Source of the DNA: a virus
Reading direction: 5' to 3' (one strand)
DNA: 64,000 nucleotides
Virus record (IMG/VR): IMGVR_UViG_3300044638_004964
Span: 32,001 to 96,000 of that record
A program made the translations under genes and the position numbers. Positions 61,001 through 64,000 of the stretch are shown here, piece by piece. Position 1 is the stretch's first letter. The number at the start of each line of letters is the position of its first letter. The notes under the pieces were generated by a model, which worked only from the letters and a program-made list of their open reading frames with translations, ran no database searches and had not been told where the DNA came from.

Positions 61001-61576
61001 AAACTGAGCAAGAATAGCAATAGCACCTTCGGCAGTTTGCGTTATGCTATCAAAGTTGGGGGCTAGTGCTGCTTGTGCTAATGAATTAAGAGCAACTTTG
61101 GTATCGGAAGCACTTAGGCCGGCCTGTGTTAAAACCGTAGTAACTTCTAGCAATGACTGTGATGATACACCAAACCCTCTTGCTAAATTAGTAATTTCAT
61201 CAGTTAAATCTCTTAAGCCGCCCACGCTTTTGCCGGTGACTTGGGCAACCTTAACTAACTGACGCTCAAAATCAATAGAAGTTTGTATAGCATCGCTAAG
61301 TGTGCTAGTAAACAAACCTACTGCTCTAGTAGCTATAGAGAAAGCGGCAAAACGGCGAATAGACACAGCAAAAGCTCGACCCATCCTATCAGCAGCCGAA
61401 GTTGCTTGATTGGTGGATTGAGTTATTTGCTGTATCTGTTGCTGTGCCCGTGCTGATCCTTGAACCTGTACATTAACGTTAATACCATTAAGTTGGCTCT
61501 GGATTTGGCTAACAATTTGCGATACATTGTTAGGGGCTTGTAATTGTAATTGAGCGGTTAATACGAAACGTGCCAT
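55019..61576 (-). CDS. Tail tape measure protein
   Basis: N-terminal TP901/PhageMin_Tail-like region (DFERQLVKVAQVTG...), Ala/Gly-rich hydrophobic segments, long coiled coils, three DTVPA(M/L)L(S/T)PGEFV motifs. Confidence 0.92.
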   Translation of the reverse strand: MARFVLTAQLQLQAPNNVSQIVSQIQSQLNGINVNVQVQGSARAQQQIQQITQSTNQATSAADRMGRAFAVSIRRFAAFSIATRAVGLFTSTLSDAIQTSIDFERQLVKVAQVTGKSVGGLRDLTDEITNLARGFGVSSQSLLEVTTVLTQAGLSASDTKVALNSLAQAALAPNFDSITQTAEGAIAILAQFRQGVGALESQLGSINAVAGAFAVEASDLIDVIRRTGGVFKSSGGDLNELLALFTSVRATTRESAESIGTGLRTIFTRIQRPETIEFLKQFGVNLVDLEGKFVGPFEAVKRLSEGLAGLGERDITFIKVAEELGGFRQIGKVLPLLQQFSTAEAALNVATKANNSLSQDAASAQAALAVRIAKVREEFLALIRSVTETSTFQIMANTALTLASALIKVADSIKPLLPLLASVAAFRAIRGIGTFVGATAAGLQSGRTFNKGGKVHHFATGGLVPGVGNRDTVPAMLSPGEFVIRKSSVQKLGASNLAGMNRGGEVQRFDRGGKAIIPRSGTPARSNLASLSDDQLSSLSGNTALSRAGASRVANELAKRKKGFENQEKLANVPKFGLVGLFGNAYGPTLGITPKTKTQVSIQGARLNKKESKQYEGVMKSGFIDTIKNIGTKLATSVGARPKLEQGFINDVIKKAGFYNAAGAYLESSLALVGAPFEKDGINSPLDFPSGLGAVSSKFGIASNIPTDVTRTIGSGGKNNSKFLAQVDRYLVKNDLATKKAAGGIIQKFAMGGRAKGIENAPLVDDILQASGSILPRPSAAIQALIKAGGGAVDVDRTLKRTIGDTAYAKAPTPGAKDASLNTYFRDEAKRLQDLQTAPITQFGRELQIAIKNGQIDARKVSIISKSKRVKGAAEYLSSQFGIPVQNMIFTQGGSKQPAIDAIRNKGSRVDRVARFATGGGVGTDTVPALLTPGEFVVNRSSAQRIGYGNLNRMNKVGKYANGGIVQKFAGGSTGTGVQPVTAPSGPGATVNTAAQAQATQRATQATNNFGLGISVASGALQAMLPPIDDNSSAMQKFGNSVLSMITTIGGVVFALEGFGVSLTKQSVGKFLSGKSGGDFQSKVTRPFDRRARSSDLRDSIDAFRRGGSTGIGQRVPGLLNYRDPGSGSDRDILRGLALRRNKSGRLRSSPGVDVEQFIPKGRTGDIFRSLSGPIGKVAFQFGRLAGPLAVATTAISLFNAAVTAFSDAEVRKKKAIESGDVEAAGKAASDQYSLEAGNTGRMALGGGGAVLGFMLGGPIGAAIGAGLGTLIASQDPGLSEAISELFGGNTKDSVVALSEAQAQATKTQKAFEQGEKDAAKAMEDFNRGTISAADALSKIRNVTTEANNLEQANQKAIQTNNANKNQGGLEGFGRNVASFATLGYVESASTRNARIDKENEGLNKSSMDAQRKAFEMRRPLTNEAMRSGILLNKDQATIDAEIQASGGESATSLRAKGLSLANQSIEARNKGDNDTANLLQQQSEAAYEMSQELENSFKNLSKEIETARAALDAMSLGLRSATSISSAQSASMTKFAAGLEVGGSSFVNDVAFLQEAMGSAAASMDPDEIKQSMENVGKNLSSLGVSPGDVAKFKGNTAAFIQAQQNYGAAFDEIRDEMKVTGKILSPDELKNRFAEELSNGLPEGAIKDNLKSVIRGLELDQKDVEKLLSGDKSVIGDKLSESQKKAFEEIEKIAQDRQKAEQVLIDLTKKRIEAERNALEAQKEALSLTLEGRELQSKYGGKVVTNEERRKNVLDRANVNNLGLSNMNTGSLADIRGRNKEILDKFTAIEGSRTEQNGFEGANGARMNEMQQDLQKAQKDQVNTIRELVKLEEENLKLIGEKNKLEKDSIDALVSGDIDKFMQTQATVGATAAIATGNKSLMGAFGPEALGLAAQDIRRQQEAGVQSLYGTQLAGQGGLTQQAFGSALSARGVTDPRLAQVASGTTAEEEASKSRLRDYGTALGETGQLGAEMANMQLESATINVRDAQVIYNKVQERGQAAVAALGKANGGLIYANRGMFIPRGTDTVPAMLTPGEFVVRREAVNRGNNLQILQQMNGTGGGMTNSSAVMGFARGGKVQYYAGGGVSSSSGSGSTESFEKLTQALTRVMGYVNGVAESIKSLPTTISHQIADTKVDVNVMGGNMLNAFADNLESRVMGKVSEKLKNSYPTENGIQNNGSVLG
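55454..60166 (-). repeat. Three copies of the DTVPAxLxPGEFV motif in the TMP (55454-55492, 58766-58804, 60128-60166)
   Basis: Similar at both protein and nucleotide level. Confidence 0.9.
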
Positions 61577-61612
61577 AGTTTCCTAACTTTGGTTAAGGCC
61601 GCTCACTATCCA

Positions 61613-62479
61613 TTAACTATCCGAAGATTTGGATTTCTTTACTTTTACTACCGCCTTGGCTTCTTCTATAGCTTGGTCGTTATCATCCAAATATGTTATA
61701 CTTGGAATGTAATTACCAGAATCATCTAGAATATTGCCATCTTTATCTGTTCTTTGACCATCACTATTGATATAGTAACCCTGCTTGTCAATTCTGCGTC
61801 CTTCTAAATCTACTGTTTCGCCCTTTTCATTGACTAAACTAAGATTTTCGTCTACATAATTGAACATTTTAAGGAACTTATTTTCGGGCAATTTGGACTC
61901 AAAATCCTTATCTACCGAATAAAGCATACCGGCTAATGTTGTAGCGGCGGCATACCCAATTTCATCGTCAGATCGTCTTTGATAGTCTTCTAAATCATTA
62001 TACACCTTATTGCCATTTTCATAATATGCGCAATTAGCAACTAAAAAGTCGAATTTGCTATTATCAGAAATAGATTCCGCTGTATTTTGCTCTAGAGATA
62101 ATCTTTCGGATATAAGATCGCGCAACTCATTCCTCTTTTTGCGCATTTCTATAGCAATTCTTTTACCTTCTGATGCTCTGAGTTTACCATTCTTGCCACC
62201 GACGTAAAGCTGTTTTTCTAGACTAAAAATAGTATCAGTTATTGACTTTTGCTTTTCGTCCTTATCTTTATCCCATACGCCTTGGGCGTTCATGAACTTT
62301 TCAAGTTCTTTCTTAGTCATAATTCCTTCACGAACACAGTCTGTCCAAACTTTCGCACCAATTCTTTGTGATGCTGACATTAGTGTGTTGCTTGGCTTTT
62401 TAACGTATAGTTTGATTGTTTCCTCTTTACCATTCTTAGTGATTGTAACATCAACAATTTTTTCTTTATCCTGTGACAT
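61613..62479 (-). CDS. Putative tail assembly chaperone (paralog B)
   Basis: Immediately upstream of the TMP; AGGAGG ribosome-binding site; similar to 62866-63891. Confidence 0.6.
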   Translation of the reverse strand: MSQDKEKIVDVTITKNGKEETIKLYVKKPSNTLMSASQRIGAKVWTDCVREGIMTKKELEKFMNAQGVWDKDKDEKQKSITDTIFSLEKQLYVGGKNGKLRASEGKRIAIEMRKKRNELRDLISERLSLEQNTAESISDNSKFDFLVANCAYYENGNKVYNDLEDYQRRSDDEIGYAAATTLAGMLYSVDKDFESKLPENKFLKMFNYVDENLSLVNEKGETVDLEGRRIDKQGYYINSDGQRTDKDGNILDDSGNYIPSITYLDDNDQAIEEAKAVVKVKKSKSSDS

Positions 62480-62491
62480 AATTTGTCCTCC

Positions 62492-62854
62492 TTAGTTCTT
62501 TGGTGGTTGAATAACTGGCATTTGGATTGAGTATCTTAACCATTCTACGTCATATTGAGCTAATTCAGCATCAATATTACGAGCTTGATTATTACCCTTA
62601 TCTAAAATTTCCGATCTAATCTTGTTGTATAAATCTTTGAGTTGTTCTTGGTCTTTGGTTAGTGGTTTATCAGAATTACTATTCCATAAAAACCCTAGAT
62701 TTTCTTCTATGCTACTTAAAGCTCCTATCATTGTTGTCTGAATTTTCTTTTTAAGAATTTTTGACAAACGTTCTTTTGAGTCAAGCTTGTATTTTGCTTC
62801 TCTAATTTTTTTATAGTCATTTATCTTAATATAATCTTCTGGCAAATTGTCCAT
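62492..62854 (-). CDS. Hypothetical helical protein
   Basis: AAGGAGG ribosome-binding site; lies between the two chaperone-like paralogs. Confidence 0.65.
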   Translation of the reverse strand: MDNLPEDYIKINDYKKIREAKYKLDSKERLSKILKKKIQTTMIGALSSIEENLGFLWNSNSDKPLTKDQEQLKDLYNKIRSEILDKGNNQARNIDAELAQYDVEWLRYSIQMPVIQPPKN

Positions 62855-62865
62855 TATATCCTCCT

Positions 62866-63891
62866 TTAATGTCTTCCTCTTAGTTGATTAGTTGCTTTCA
62901 TTTGTAAATTAAGTCGTTCGTCTGCAAATTGATCTTGGGTCGCGGTTCCTTTATTTTTAAGTAATTGCTCTCTTTGTTTTTTGATCATTGTTGCGTGTGG
63001 ATTATTTAATGAGTCAATTTTGCGAACATCTTTATCATTATTTGCCATTACGAAAACTTCTGAAGAATTCTTGATCTTGTCGTTTTTAACTGAATTTTCA
63101 AATTCTTTTTCGTTTATTTCTCTCTCCCTCTTTTGACTCTGTAATATAAACCAGCCGTCTAATAAATCATCGTCTTGTATTACTTCTTTTTGTGGGCAGT
63201 CCATAGATTCTTGAATATTATCATATGTTTGTGACCATATTATTAAATTTTTTTGATTATATGTCAATTCTTGATCTGGGCTATTATTAAATAGTTTTAC
63301 TTGAGCATTTTCTCTAATTACCCATAAAGATTTCCAAGGTTCTGATCTAGATAATTCTCTTATTTTAGATTCTGCTATTGCAGAATTTTGATATTCATCA
63401 ACAATATATTGTAGTGAAATAGTATCAAAGTCATACAATTCGTTGTTTTGATAAGTAGTGTTTCTTATTATCCATGCTAATTTTTCATACGAAGCAAAAC
63501 CTTCGCAAGTATTTAAATAATATTGATTTTTTTTATTGCTATGAGATATTAACTGTTTTTCTCCAGCCCTAATATATAATCTGATCTGTTCTCTTAGTGA
63601 GTCATTATTTCTAGCGTTATAAATTTCTATTTTTAAACGCTCAATGTCTTTATTTAGACCTTCTAATTTTTCATCGTCTGATTTTGTCCATAGATCTTGT
63701 TCTCTCATCCATTGGTCAATTTCGCTTTCATCCATCATCCCGTCAACATAAGCTTGCTGAAATGATTCGTTATAAACCTGACAAGCTTGAACGTATTGAT
63801 CAATAGTTGGTGGAATAATAACTAAATTTTTAACAAAATATTTTCCAGAACGTATGAGGGAAATAAAAAACTCCCGCTCATGTTGTTTCAT
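62866..63891 (-). CDS. Putative tail assembly chaperone (paralog A, with C-terminal extension)
   Basis: GAGG ribosome-binding site; N-terminal half aligns by eye with 61613-62479. Confidence 0.55.
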   Translation of the reverse strand: MKQHEREFFISLIRSGKYFVKNLVIIPPTIDQYVQACQVYNESFQQAYVDGMMDESEIDQWMREQDLWTKSDDEKLEGLNKDIERLKIEIYNARNNDSLREQIRLYIRAGEKQLISHSNKKNQYYLNTCEGFASYEKLAWIIRNTTYQNNELYDFDTISLQYIVDEYQNSAIAESKIRELSRSEPWKSLWVIRENAQVKLFNNSPDQELTYNQKNLIIWSQTYDNIQESMDCPQKEVIQDDDLLDGWFILQSQKREREINEKEFENSVKNDKIKNSSEVFVMANNDKDVRKIDSLNNPHATMIKKQREQLLKNKGTATQDQFADERLNLQMKATNQLRGRH

Positions 63892-63912
63892 AAAAACCTC
63901 ACAAGCGGGAGC
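63861..63912 (-). promoter_or_regulatory. Hairpin plus U-tract covering the ribosome-binding site and start codon of 62866-63891
   Basis: mRNA arms CUCCCGCUUGUG and CAUGAGCGGGAG form 12 bp (2 G-U), followed by UUUUUUAUUU. Confidence 0.7.
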
Positions 63913-63964
63913 TTACATGTTGTTTCCTTTTGAATCCTATTAAATTATCTTATCACTAACTGAA

Positions 63965-64000
63965 TTACAAGCCAGCGGGATCTTCTGGATGAGTTACAGT
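63965..64000 (-). CDS. 3' end of an upstream gene (...TVTHPEDPAGL*), possibly the tail tube protein
   Basis: Open frame from the window edge to TAA at 63965. Identity inferred only from gene order. Confidence 0.4.
   Translation of the reverse strand, partial: TVTHPEDPAGL

Noticed and set aside
61577-61700. Programmed -1 frameshift extending the chaperone upstream of the TMP
   Set aside because: Only 36 nt separate the stop from the TMP start, and no second overlapping ORF is available.
1139-62495. Many short ORFs (60-110 aa) antisense or out of frame within long genes
   Set aside because: They lie within or across well-supported genes, lack recognisable motifs, and are expected by chance.
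63974-63980. Third UCCCGCU copy in the upstream gene that could pair with the hairpin's 3' arm
   Set aside because: Only 7 nt, inside coding sequence at the window edge; chance cannot be excluded.
1-64000. Stop-codon reassignment, as seen in some large phages
   Set aside because: Conserved genes are full length in the standard code, and TAA, TAG and TGA all serve as stops at expected protein ends.
1-64000. tRNA, rRNA or other structured RNA genes
   Set aside because: Intergenic gaps are nearly all under about 120 nt and none shows a cloverleaf or other recognisable RNA; no covariance search was run.

Overview
This is 64 kb of an AT-rich, gene-dense tailed dsDNA bacteriophage genome in the standard genetic code, with two convergent arms that meet at a bidirectional terminator near 32.5 kb. 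The + arm (1-32454) carries nucleotide metabolism genes (nrdA, nrdB, dut, phoH, a dNMP kinase) and replication/recombination genes (RecA-like, DnaB, DnaG, Cas4/RecB-like exonuclease, SSB, a likely annealing protein). It also has a family C polymerase (DnaE) split into two genes without an intein, with a DnaQ exonuclease and two homing-type endonucleases between the halves, several other free-standing endonucleases, and about a dozen glycosyltransferase-type genes. The - arm (32577-64000) is a tail module: two paralogous chaperone-like genes, a 2185-aa tape measure protein (TMP), a 3773-aa adhesin-like protein with seven FG-GAP blades, and further large structural proteins. The main leads are: (1) TMP modules bounded by repeated [FY]AxGG motifs, one of them HAD-like; (2) the fractured DnaE; (3) possible virion glycosylation at Ser-Gly sites; (4) an integrin-alpha-like architecture in the giant protein; (5) an AUG-UAA minigene plus a hairpin over the ribosome-binding site of the first chaperone-like gene; (6) strong avoidance of CCWGG. 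All calls come from reading motifs by eye; no searches were run.
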